Below, piece by piece: positions 49,809 through 60,117 of a stretch of 64,000 nucleotides of DNA. Each line of letters begins with the position of its first letter. Positions within the stretch are counted from its first letter, which is position 1. The position numbers and the translations under genes were made by a program. This DNA comes from Fistulifera solaris. Taxonomy: Eukaryota. The notes beneath the pieces are model-generated. The model searched no databases and was not told the origin of the DNA. It saw only the letters and a program-made list of their open reading frames with translations. Location of the stretch: contig AP026138.1 of NCBI GenBank assembly GCA_030295235.1, forward strand, positions 620,001 to 684,000, in the 5' to 3' direction.

Positions 49809-50903
49809 TCACCGTGCACTTGCCAGCATTGCCATCCGAAACTTCAACCAACCGCCCGGAAAGGTGCGAGCGTCACGCCCGTTGACAGCACCACCACCGC
49901 GTATTCTTAGCAAAGGAGCCCAATGACGTGGACCCTTTTTCACTTGGACAGCATTTTCTTTGAGCCAGCACCACAAAAGATGCTCGGAATTCCAATCACC
50001 CTTTCCTGTTTGAGTAGAAACGTCGGCTTTCTTGGACGAAACACCTGAACGGAACCACTGTATCCATAATTCGACCGAGTTCCAGAAATTCGTTCCCTTC
50101 TCCAGATCACCATCTTGGCCACTTTTCACGTAATCGAAAAATCCTTGCGCTTTGGCCTGAACGTATATTCGAGCCGCCGCTGGACCCGCTACGGCAAAGC
50201 GATCGTTATTTTCATCATCGTCGTGTACTTGCCAAGACGGCACGATCAATTCGTTGTCGGCGATATTACAATGAAGGTCGACTTTGTCGGCCAGAAACGT
50301 GTCGGGACGCGCAAACACAAAGAGTTGGTACTCTTTGTCGTTCTGGAGGACATGTTGATAGGACTGCATCATAGAATTGCCTTGTCGGAACATGTTTTTC
50401 AATGTATTGAGCGTCCATCCTGGACCAAACTGCATCAAATGCTCTTCTCCGAGCCACGTGAGATTGCGGGCGTCAAAGTCGGCCTGACGCGTTTGTACGA
50501 GTACGTCATTGCCTTGTCCTATCGTTTCAAGAAGAGTGGTGACCGATTCCATTTCAACGTTGACTTCGCCGTTTTTTGGGTTGGTCAGCGTTTTAATGTC
50601 CGAATAAAGGTGCATGGAAACATCAAACTGAATGTGCGGATTGTGATCCATGAGATTTTGTCGATAGGCTCTCCATACTACAGGAAATGATTTCGGTAAC
50701 CCAAAGAGTATAAAAGCCGCTTGACATTGCGTATGATTGTACACGACTTTGGGATCTTCAACCAATTGGAAGAACCAAAAATGACACAACAGATTGAGCG
50801 ACAGCACGACGAGAAAGAGCATGACGGCAAATCGTACGGAGAGCATGTTTCGCCGTTTCCCGTAATGATGCTTTTTGTACGGGGAGTGTCTCAAGTGTCT
50901 CAT
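49809..50903 (-). CDS. Type II membrane protein, putative glycosyltransferase-like
   Basis: Intact 364-aa ORF with a basic N-tail plus a single TM; motifs FILFGLPKS, FARPDTF, NDRFAVAG, SEHLL. Confidence 0.6.
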   Translation of the reverse strand: MRHLRHSPYKKHHYGKRRNMLSVRFAVMLFLVVLSLNLLCHFWFFQLVEDPKVVYNHTQCQAAFILFGLPKSFPVVWRAYRQNLMDHNPHIQFDVSMHLYSDIKTLTNPKNGEVNVEMESVTTLLETIGQGNDVLVQTRQADFDARNLTWLGEEHLMQFGPGWTLNTLKNMFRQGNSMMQSYQHVLQNDKEYQLFVFARPDTFLADKVDLHCNIADNELIVPSWQVHDDDENNDRFAVAGPAAARIYVQAKAQGFFDYVKSGQDGDLEKGTNFWNSVELWIQWFRSGVSSKKADVSTQTGKGDWNSEHLLWCWLKENAVQVKKGPRHWAPLLRIRGGGAVNGRDARTFPGGWLKFRMAMLASAR

Positions 50904-51393
50904 CCTGTCTTGTTAATTGTATTGTTACAGAACGTATGCGGTGGAGTCAAAACGAAAAAGATGCTATGACGACAAGAAGGGAAATCATCATCGAGCCGCA
51001 GTTTTTGGCCGCACTTTTCACAACGCAAAACCTAGTTAAAGAGCGTGGACCCTTAGGGTTAAGGTACTGGTACTCGCCCCTTGATTTTCCCAACGGTCCG
51101 TTCCGACTTTTCGGATCTCCGTTGACATACAAACTCAAAGGAAATAAATTTCATACTTAGGAGACAACATATTCTTTACTTAGTAGGATTTTTCTCGCGG
51201 ACGAAAAAAGCCCAGCAACGAACAGATCGTGGTGGAATTTGGCTCGCAAGAGGTGCGCTTGACAAGAGTGAACTGGAGGGAGAAAGCAATATAAAGGACC
51301 TGATTATCATCGTCGTCGCGGAGCTACATCTGTGCAAAGTGTTGTTATTCAAACGATCCATCGTCAGAACGACGGTATTCAGACATCGGAATC

Positions 51394-52323
51394 ATGGAAA
51401 TTGCTGACAAGAATGCGTATTGGATAGCTCATCAACCCATACGTTCTTTATCTGACGAGGACCGAGCCAAGTTGCAGCGTCGTGCCCCTTTTCTTTCCAC
51501 TCGGTCCGTCCCGGAAACCCCAAGTTCGACGCTGGATCCTGAATTGCGGACTATTTTTGAACGAAAACTGAAATCATCGGCATTCTTCAAGCCTGTAACG
51601 GAGGTAACACCGCAAGATGTACCTGAGGAGGCTCTCCCTCAAAGTGCATCATCCGTGCAAAAGAAGAAACAGTTGAAAGAACAGAATCCGAAGAAATGAA
51701 ACAGTCTTCAACCTTATTGACGCGAACTATGCTATTTGCCGAGAGGCGCAGGAAAGAAGGAAGAGAAGTGTTTCGTCGACGAATGGTAAGCTTTCATTTT
51801 GCTCTTGTGTGTCTTCTTCAAAAGTTGTTGTCTCACGATACTTGAAATCCAGCAAACTTCCGCTTGCAATCCATTGAATGAAACGGAGGCTGCAGTCGAT
51901 AGGGAATGCGCCCGTGCGAGACCGTCGGTCAATGATCGAGTGGAGATGTTAGAGAAGGAGGAAACGACACCGGAAAAGGATGCGGATACTGTTCTCAGTT
52001 TTCCGAATCCGGTTGATACCAGCTTTTCATCTGTCGATTTAACTGATCGGGAACACCTTTGGACGACTTCTCGTCCCAATGAGTTTCTCGCCCAACTCAA
52101 GCAACTGAGTACTAGAGTGGCGCACATGATTTCGTCCGAAGAACGTAAAGAAGAAGAAAAGGACGCGGACGAGAACGATCCAATTTACAGTGCTCGCTTG
52201 AAAGATGCGGAAAAGGCCAATCTAAAGTGGTACGAACGCCCCTTCAAAACCCACCCTTTGGATTACATACCCAAACCCAACTCCAGATTCAATTGTCTCT
52301 GTCCGGGGATGGTTGATTTCTGA
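51394..52323 (+). CDS. Hypothetical protein (probable intron ~51787-51852; frameshift ~51690)
   Basis: Two consecutive ORFs joined by gtaag...ccag; no recognisable domain. Confidence 0.5.
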
Positions 52324-53092
52324 TTAAAAGGACTAATGCAGAATTTGATTTGAATCGAAAATTGTCAACAATGCCGTGTACGTTACGCTATTTTTGTGCC
52401 ACCAGACAAGTAACTCCTTGTAATCGTTTGTTTGCCCTCGAACCGATCCCCATTTCGTTGTACATAAGAAATGGCTCGCTGCCCGTCAACGCTTGTCTCT
52501 AGCTAGTCGCTCGACGAACCATTATGAAGTACGAAACAATTATTTGTTTTAGGTCACTAGTTAGAGCATCGCTTTATCAGGCTTTGTCTGCTTTGGACTC
52601 AGTCCCAACTAGCTAGTTCGAAGAATCTTACCGCATTTGTGAAAACAATCCAAATCCGTTTTTGTCAGAGCTCACATCCAATCCACGGAAACTGTCAGCA
52701 TCGTCCTGATTCAAAAATGGCGCCAGGTTTTGGCGCTGCGGCCCACGTGCAACAGTCGAGTCCTCAACGGCGATGGAGATTCGGTTCAGGGAACAGATGG
52801 AACGTCGTTTGCGGTTGGTTCTCTTGTCAACAAACCGTCGGATGGGTCACCCTAGAGAGGTATATCGTGACTCAATTGGAGAAACGACCTGGGACATTGC
52901 GCCGTGACACTGTGACAACTTGTAGAAGAATGTCCGAACGTTGGGCGATAGTAAGTCAATAAGTACTCAGTAGATGATGTGTCCTCGAGTTTTTTTTTTG
53001 TCGGCATCGCGATCTGTGTGATTTTTGACCATGACACCATTGCCTATGGAAAGAGAGCCAACAATAAAGCCCTCTTCTGGATACTGTAAGAA

Positions 53093-54501
53093 ATGGCGTT
53101 CAGTATTCATCAGCAGCGCGCTCTCGCTGTGATTCCCAAAGTCACCGGTAATGTCTCTGCCTTTTTCAGTGGCTTAATTATATATACCATTGTGCGCAAC
53201 GAAAATCGAAGAAGTCGGACGTATCATCGCCTTTTGTTTGGTATATCCTGTTGCGACGTTTCTGCTTCACTTTGGTTAGCCTTATCGACATGGCCGGTTC
53301 CCAAATCGAGTGGCTTGCTCTGGGCCATCGGCAATGACACATCTTGTAATGTACAAGGATTTTTTACACAATTTGGAATCGCCAGTTCATTTTACAATGC
53401 CAGTCTGTCCGTTTACTACGTACTTGTAATACGGTATGGCTGGAAAGAGCATCAATTACAGAAAGTGGAACCCTTACTTCATTCATTTCCTTTGCTGTGG
53501 GCTACAATCAGCGCGATTGCGGGCTTAATCAAGGGAGTATTTGGCGCGGCTTCTTTGTGGTGTTGGGTGGCGGCCGAAAATAAAGTCTTTCGTTGGGCCG
53601 CCTTCTATGGTCCACTCTGGCTTATGATAGGGATTGTGACTGTCAATACTACTTTAATTTATGTGCACGTTCGAAAGATTGAAAGAGCTGCTACTCGGCA
53701 CCATTTATTTCGAGACTTTTCGTCGACGTCTCCTGTCCCGGCTTCGTCTTCCGCTGCCGCACCATCTCAGGAATTGTCCTCGCAGCCGTCTACCCGAAAA
53801 TCTTTATCCAGCAATTTCAGTTTACGCTTGTCGTTCGAAGCGGTCCGCAGTAGTTTGAATACGACCGATAACAGCGCCGTGACGGAGGCAAGGCGAGAGG
53901 ATATCAATTTACGGCGAGCACGGCTGCGGACAAGGTCTCGCTACACACGCGAGGTGGCGATTCAAAGTTTTCTGTATGCCGGTGCTTTCTATTTGAACTG
54001 GTTCGCGTTGACGGTAAGTGTCACAGCGGATCACTAAAAAGTGTTGCGAAGGGATGTATCTCACTTTGACGACAACGGCAGATTACGCGACTCTTGCAAC
54101 AAGTCAACGGAAAAGTGTATTTTCCCTTGCTGTTACTGGCAGCATTGACCGTCCCTCTTCAGGGGCTTCCTAATTTTCTAGTCTACCTGCTACCTCGCCT
54201 CAAAAAACTACGAACTCCCCAAGGGCGAGAACGAATCGCCCATGAAATTGCTTCGCGGCTGAGTCGTCTCACTTCGGTTGGAAAGGAGCCCGGTGCATCT
54301 TCGGGTCACAGTGAGGTTGTCGACTTTACACCACAGTCCGAACTCTTCCCCGAAATCGAAGCCATTGACGCATTGGTTGAAGAAAGTGACAATCAAGACA
54401 GTTGCGAAGATCTACCTACATTAATCAAAGATCTCGAGACGGATATCAATGAACTAGAAGGCAAAAGCTCGTCACCCAATCGTATAGAAGAAACAGCGTA
54501 G
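53093..54501 (+). CDS. 7-TM G-protein-coupled receptor-like protein (cAMP-receptor/Git3-like); intron ~54014-54081
   Basis: YHRLLFGISCCD, GNDTSCNVQGFFTQ, YNASLSVYY, CW, PLW, VAIQSFLYAGAFYLNW, PLQGLPNFLVY. Confidence 0.85.
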
Positions 54502-54583
54502 AAAGGATCCGTTGATGTGTCCTTATTGTTTGTTAAAATAAAAAGATAGAGAATTGTATTGTACTACTCGTGTGACTTCTTTG

Positions 54584-55594
54584 TTAAGCGGGTATCTTGG
54601 CAGTGACTTGTGACAAGTCACCTTGCACTTTGGAAACGCAAACAAAATTTCCATCCAAATCCGACTTCCACAGTTGCACCGTTCCTCCATCACCCGACGA
54701 TGCCAAGACCGTACCCGTAACATTCCACTGACAACGCCAAGCATTGGCATCAATCGTCTGTGAAGACTCGAGTTTCAGATGCTTGTTGCTGGAAATGTCA
54801 TTGCTTTTATTGTCCGCCGCGTCCCGACGAAATTTGTAAACGCGGAGTTGTTGATTCTCCGCAGATGCGATATAATGAAAGCGTCTACCGACATTCGGAG
54901 CCCACGCGACATCGAGCACATCTCCCTTGGCGGGTGCTGGCAATTGGACCAGTGGTTGCCACGCACGCGCCGATTCACTGTAACGATAAATGACAAGATG
55001 ACTGCCCCCGGCGACCAGTGTCGGCGGTTCGAATCGTCCATTGCACCAACTCAAACAGGTACATCCCAACTTGGATCCTTCCTCGAAGGATTGTAAGGCG
55101 GCTGCAAGTGGCCATTGGGACAAATTCATAATATCGACCGCCTCATAAATGCGGACACACCCATCCGCACTTCCGACAGCCAATTTGAGACCCCAATGTC
55201 GCGGCGCAAATTCGAGACACGTGACACCCCGACGGGCTTCTGTCAATGAAGCACGCAACGTCCATCGACTCGCCATCGTATTGGTCGTATGACTCCGTTC
55301 TTCCCAAATCTTGGCGTCATGATCACTCCCGCACGTGGCTAAAATGGACCCAAATTCCGGATGCGCCCAACACACACTCGTGACCGAACCACGATGAGCT
55401 TGCCATTGCGCCGCGAGCGTCCATTCTCCCGAATCCGTCAAATCCCACACTCGCACGAACCGATCTCCGGAACACGTGGCAACGCGCCGTCCGTACGTAT
55501 CAAAACTGACCCAGTGCACGTAATCGAGGTGCATCGAGGGAATGATTTGGGTCGATTGATTGACGTGAACGAATTCCGAATTGTCTTCGGTCAT
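54584..55594 (-). CDS. SEH1: Nucleoporin SEH1 (WD40)
   Basis: H.DYVH..FD.YGRRVATCSGD, WAHPEFG, FAPRHWGLKLA, RIYEAVDIMNLSQW, WAPNVGRRFHYIA, WNVTGTVLASSGDGG. Confidence 0.95.
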   Translation of the reverse strand: MTEDNSEFVHVNQSTQIIPSMHLDYVHWVSFDTYGRRVATCSGDRFVRVWDLTDSGEWTLAAQWQAHRGSVTSVCWAHPEFGSILATCGSDHDAKIWEERSHTTNTMASRWTLRASLTEARRGVTCLEFAPRHWGLKLAVGSADGCVRIYEAVDIMNLSQWPLAAALQSFEEGSKLGCTCLSWCNGRFEPPTLVAGGSHLVIYRYSESARAWQPLVQLPAPAKGDVLDVAWAPNVGRRFHYIASAENQQLRVYKFRRDAADNKSNDISSNKHLKLESSQTIDANAWRCQWNVTGTVLASSGDGGTVQLWKSDLDGNFVCVSKVQGDLSQVTAKIPA

Positions 55595-55984
55595 TATTGT
55601 TAATGTGAGTTTTTGTATTATCTACAATTATGTCAATTGACTGGCTGGGAATGAAATGAATGAATCAAGTAGTTTATGTTAATTTTATTTCATTTCATGG
55701 TGTCATCATTCGTTGCACATCGCAAATATCGACGCGACGTGTGATGTGATGAGGGATCCACCGCTGGATCTCTCGAGCGACGGACAGGTCAAACAATCGA
55801 AGGGAAAACAAAACACGAGGACAAGAGGATGGCCATTATCATGACTGTTTAGTCCTTAAATAACAACATTCACAGCGACAAATCCATTGATTAATAGTTT
55901 GTCAACAATCGAAGCTTTCTTTCTCATTTCATTCATTTGTTATTGGGTGCTGTAGATGACGGGACTGCTGTCTCGTTAAATCGT

Positions 55985-57050
55985 CATCGGTGTTTTTGCT
56001 CTAACAGAAAATATGTTGTGGCCCAGAATTTCTGGAATCGTTGTTTTTGGTAACACAGAAATTTTGTGACAGCTCTGGATATTTTGGGATTTGAAAGTTT
56101 TGTCTCTAACAGAACTTCTGTGCACATTCCAGAAATTCTGGAATTGGTGTAATGGCCTCAAACAGAAAATCTGTGCCAATTATTCTGGAATCGGTGTTTT
56201 GGGTCACACAAAAATGTTGTGCACGTTCCAGAAATTCGGGAATTGGTGAAATCGCATCTTACAGAAATTCTGCGCTATTCCAGAAATTCTGGAATCGATG
56301 TTTTGGGTCACACAGAGATGTTTTGCATGTTCCAGAAATTCTGGAATTGGTGAAATCGCATCTTACATACATTCTGCGCAATTCCAGAAAATCTGGAATC
56401 GGTGTTTTTGATCACAAAGAGATGTTGTGCACGTCCCAGAAATTCTGGAATTGGTGAAATCGCATCTTACAGAAATTCTGTAATCGGTGTTTTGGGTCAC
56501 ACAAAGATGTTGTGCATGTTCCAGAAATTCTGGAATAGTTGGTTTCGCATCTTACATACATTCTGCGCTATTCCAGAATTTCTGGAATCGGTGTTTTGGG
56601 TCACACAAAGATGCTGTGCACTTTCCAGATATTCTGGAATAGTTGGTTTCGCACATTACAGAAATTCTGCGCAATTCCAGAAATTCTGGACTCGGTGTTT
56701 TTGGTCACACAAAGATGTTGTGCACGTCCCAGAAGTTCTGGAATTGTGAAATCGGTAGTTGCAGAAATTCTGCGATATTCCAGAAATTCTGGAATTGTTG
56801 TTTTTGGTCACACAAAAATTGTGTGACCGCTCTGGATGTTTTGGAATTGATGGTTTTGCCTCCAACAGAACCTCTCTGCTCATTCCAGAAAGTTTGGAAT
56901 CGTTGTTTTGCATCTACCAGAAAATCTGTGCGTTTTCCAGAAATTCTGGAATTGGTCGTTTGGCGTCTATCAGAAACTCTGTAGTGGTCCAGAAATTCTG
57001 AACTTTGAGCTTTGCGCTCTCTTTTCAGAAAATCTGGAAATTGGTTGTTT
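55985..57050. repeat. ~20-unit 52-bp array (104-bp A/B higher-order repeat) with palindromic core TTCCAGAA-A-TTCTGGAA
   Basis: Core at 56226, 56278, 56330, 56382 and onward; the intervening 35-mers alternate between two types. Confidence 0.97.
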
Positions 57051-57326
57051 CTAGCAGCCAGGCAGCCAGACATTCTCTGTCTATTATTTATTCGAGGAAA
57101 CAACGCCTGTCGTACGGGTACTGCTTGGAAAAGATGACGTCGTATGAAAACAGGTTGGAGGGAAAAACAGCTGCCCTCGTCACTCGTCACAGAAACGAGT
57201 GTCGTTGTTGTGAGAAGACACTTCTTTTGAATTTGCAACCATATTCTCTTGGTTCTCTTGACCTTCAAACAATCTCCGACGATACAGGCGAAACATTCCT
57301 ACATGTAAACACCATTAAATCTGGTC

Positions 57327-58196
57327 ATGAAGCGTCACACACTCGCCCTGGCGGGCCCGATCCTTCTTCTTTTGCAGAACTGCACAGTTGGCACAGCGTT
57401 TCAGCCCACTGTATCGTCGGCACCACCGCAATCTTTCAACAAAGACTACATTCATGACTTTTGGAGCAAGCCTCGAACGGGATTGGAAGTCGAAAGTCAC
57501 GTCCGAATATGTTTATCCGATCCCAAGTATTCATCCGAGGATCGTCCTTCGATTCAAATTCTATCGAACGAACCGCCTCTCTTGGTCGTACATAACTTTC
57601 TGTCGCCCCAAATGTGCGATGACATCATTCAAACAGCTCTCCAAACGGGAAACATGCGCCGTTCGACCGTCGGAAGTCAACAGGAAACAGCCGAAACTCG
57701 CACCAGCTCCACTGTTTGGATCCAAGAACACGAATGTCCGGATCCACTTCGCTTATTGGCCGACAAGGTGTCCTCCATTACCGGCTTGCCGACGTCGCAT
57801 ATGGAAAATCTGCAAGTCGTACGGTATGATCCCGGACAAGAGTTTCAAATGCATACGGATCATCAAGATTCGTTCAATGATTTAAAATGTCGTGGTCGAT
57901 TGGCGACGTGTTTGATTTATTTGGCCGCGCCGGTCGCCGGAGGAGAAACGTGGTTTCCGGAATTGACCTCGGCCAGTAATGAAAAAGGTGTATTGGTGAC
58001 ACCACGACGGGGATCGGCCGTTCTCTTTTGGAATACGGTCGAAAAACCCGGCTGTCCCAATTATTCGGCGGACATGTTTCTCCATGCGGATCCGCGCATG
58101 CTGCATGCGGGTCTTCCGGCCAGTGAAGGTGAAAAATGGGTCTGTAATCGGTGGATCCATCCGGTAGATTTTGGTGCCGGTGTGCGGGGATTATAA
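57327..58196 (+). CDS. Prolyl 4-hydroxylase-like 2OG-Fe(II) dioxygenase with N-terminal targeting peptide
   Basis: HNFLS..C, RTSST.W, ENLQVVRY..GQEF..HTD, R.AT.LIYL, GGETWFP, HAGLP..GEKW.CN.WIH. Confidence 0.9.
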   Translation: MKRHTLALAGPILLLLQNCTVGTAFQPTVSSAPPQSFNKDYIHDFWSKPRTGLEVESHVRICLSDPKYSSEDRPSIQILSNEPPLLVVHNFLSPQMCDDIIQTALQTGNMRRSTVGSQQETAETRTSSTVWIQEHECPDPLRLLADKVSSITGLPTSHMENLQVVRYDPGQEFQMHTDHQDSFNDLKCRGRLATCLIYLAAPVAGGETWFPELTSASNEKGVLVTPRRGSAVLFWNTVEKPGCPNYSADMFLHADPRMLHAGLPASEGEKWVCNRWIHPVDFGAGVRGL

Positions 58197-58356
58197 TCAA
58201 AGTGAAGTGTGTTTTGTGACTGCGCGATTGAGTTAGCGAACAAATAACAGTATCGAGACACTTTAACAAAAGAATTGCGAAGAAATTACTATCTTTTGAA
58301 ACGATATACTTCGTACGTAATTCAAATCATTACTTAGTGGTTCGATGGCTTTGGCT

Positions 58357-59382
58357 CTACTTCATAAAATTATAAATCACGGCACCGAAACCAATGGCCA
58401 GACAGATGCACATAATGTCGACGCAGAGTTTATCACCCGATCGCCCAACTTCTTCCAAAGTCTCTTTCATGCGACTGTTTACGTTGGTCATGCGATCCGT
58501 GACCTTATCCATTTTATTATTGACATTATCCAACATGGCGGACTGTCGTTTCACTTCTTCTCCCTGTAATGCGGCAATCTCGGCTAGATCTTGAATTCCT
58601 TCCCCAATCTCATCCAATTGACGATCAAAGTCCGCATCACGTTCTTCAATCTGCATAATTTGTTGACGCTGTCCGTCTGTCATGGCAACGCCTCCACCGG
58701 TGCCGGCCCAAGACGCTTTTTTGTTACTGGTTCCTATAAATAAATTGAAAAACAATCGAAGTGATGCGTGAGTTTCCGACGTGATTGCAGTGATCATCAA
58801 CGAACGATTGAACATACCCGAATCGGAGTAAAGCGACTTGGTATTCAGACTGACTCCTGTTCCAGCATTGCGATCTTTCGCATACCCTCGCATTTGTGCT
58901 TCCTTGACTTTTTCAATTTCCGCATAGAGTCGTCGGACCAATTCGGATTGCACTTCCAATTCTTCGGGAGTGAATTTGGATTTCTTTTTCCGCGCTTCTT
59001 TCTTATAAATAGCGTCCATTTCATTCCATTCATCGGATGCCTGTCGAATCTGTTCACGAATTTCGGCTTGCATTTTAATAATCTCTTTCGCGTTGTCTCC
59101 ACCGAAGCCGGCTTTTTTCTTTTTCTTTGGTTTCTTTCAATAAATTGTGAATCGTTTTCATGCGATCGACGACGGTGCTTTTAATTTCTAGGAAACGCGA
59201 GCCCTTCTTTTCGGCCTTTTGCCTTTGCCCATGACGGCAATATTTTGTGCCTTTTCTTTCTTCTCTTGCTCGCTGGTTTTCGGCTTGGCGCCAATGTCCT
59301 CTTGGATCGTGTACAATTTGGTTAACAAATCGGTCAGTTCTTCATCCTGTTTTGCCGGCTTTTCGTTGCCTTCTGCGACCAT
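58357..59382 (-). CDS. Qc-SNARE (SYP7-like); intron ~58735-58815; frameshifts
   Basis: N-terminal helical region, SNARE heptads (FDRQLDEIGEGIQDLAEIA..GEEVKRQSAMLD), C-terminal TM. Confidence 0.8.
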
Positions 59383-60117
59383 TCTTTATTGTTGTTTTCG
59401 TATACTTGAAGAGGATGAGGAGAAAGTTGGTGGATAAAAGGGAATAATAACAAAAAAGACGATCAACAAAAACTGCCAGAATGAAGCGGGCACACGCACC
59501 GCTGCAGTTGTGTCCGTTTGGAACGACCGCGATGACTTTCTTTTATTCACGCCGTACTGAGTGCGTACAACGCACAGACATTATTTCGCAGTATAGGCTA
59601 TAATGTAAATTACTTTTTTGGCATGACTTGATTATTTCAATCATTAGACGACATGAGGGACGATCGTTCCATTGTTCGCTTGCTTCATGTCTTTGAGGTG
59701 TTATCGTTTCTCGCCAATAAATACCCGATGTCATATATATCCTTCTTATTTTATTTGCAGTAGTATACTATCGCTTTTTTAATTTTTTAGAAGGAAACTA
59801 TATTATAGGCCATAATATGATTATGTGCTACATGACTGAGAATTGAAGTCACGAGAAGTGCGCTTGCGCGCCACGCAAGCCAAGACTACTATTTTATTCA
59901 TAGTGATAGTCACGCGCGCTTCTCACTGCCGCGAAGGCTGGTAATAATAATAATCATAACTAAATATCGTATAAGCTGCCCGGCGCGCATCACTTAGATA
60001 AGATTAAACTCGTCAAGAAACCAACCCAGCCACTCGATCTCCATTCACATTTTTAGCATTCCAAAAAGAAGAAAAGAAAAAAAGAAAACAAAAGCAAACC
60101 AAATCATTCAAATCAAA

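Noticed and set aside
55985..57050. CRISPR array (palindromic repeat plus 35-nt spacers)
   Set aside because: The spacers are homologous to each other (two alternating types), the repeat is only 17 bp, there are no cas genes, and the context is eukaryotic.
59830..59925. Further copy of the dispersed repeat, or E2F-type sites, upstream of the kinesin
   Set aside because: The TGACT...AGTCA dyad has 9-nt spacing and lacks the GTGTTG block; the GC-rich words do not match a clear consensus.
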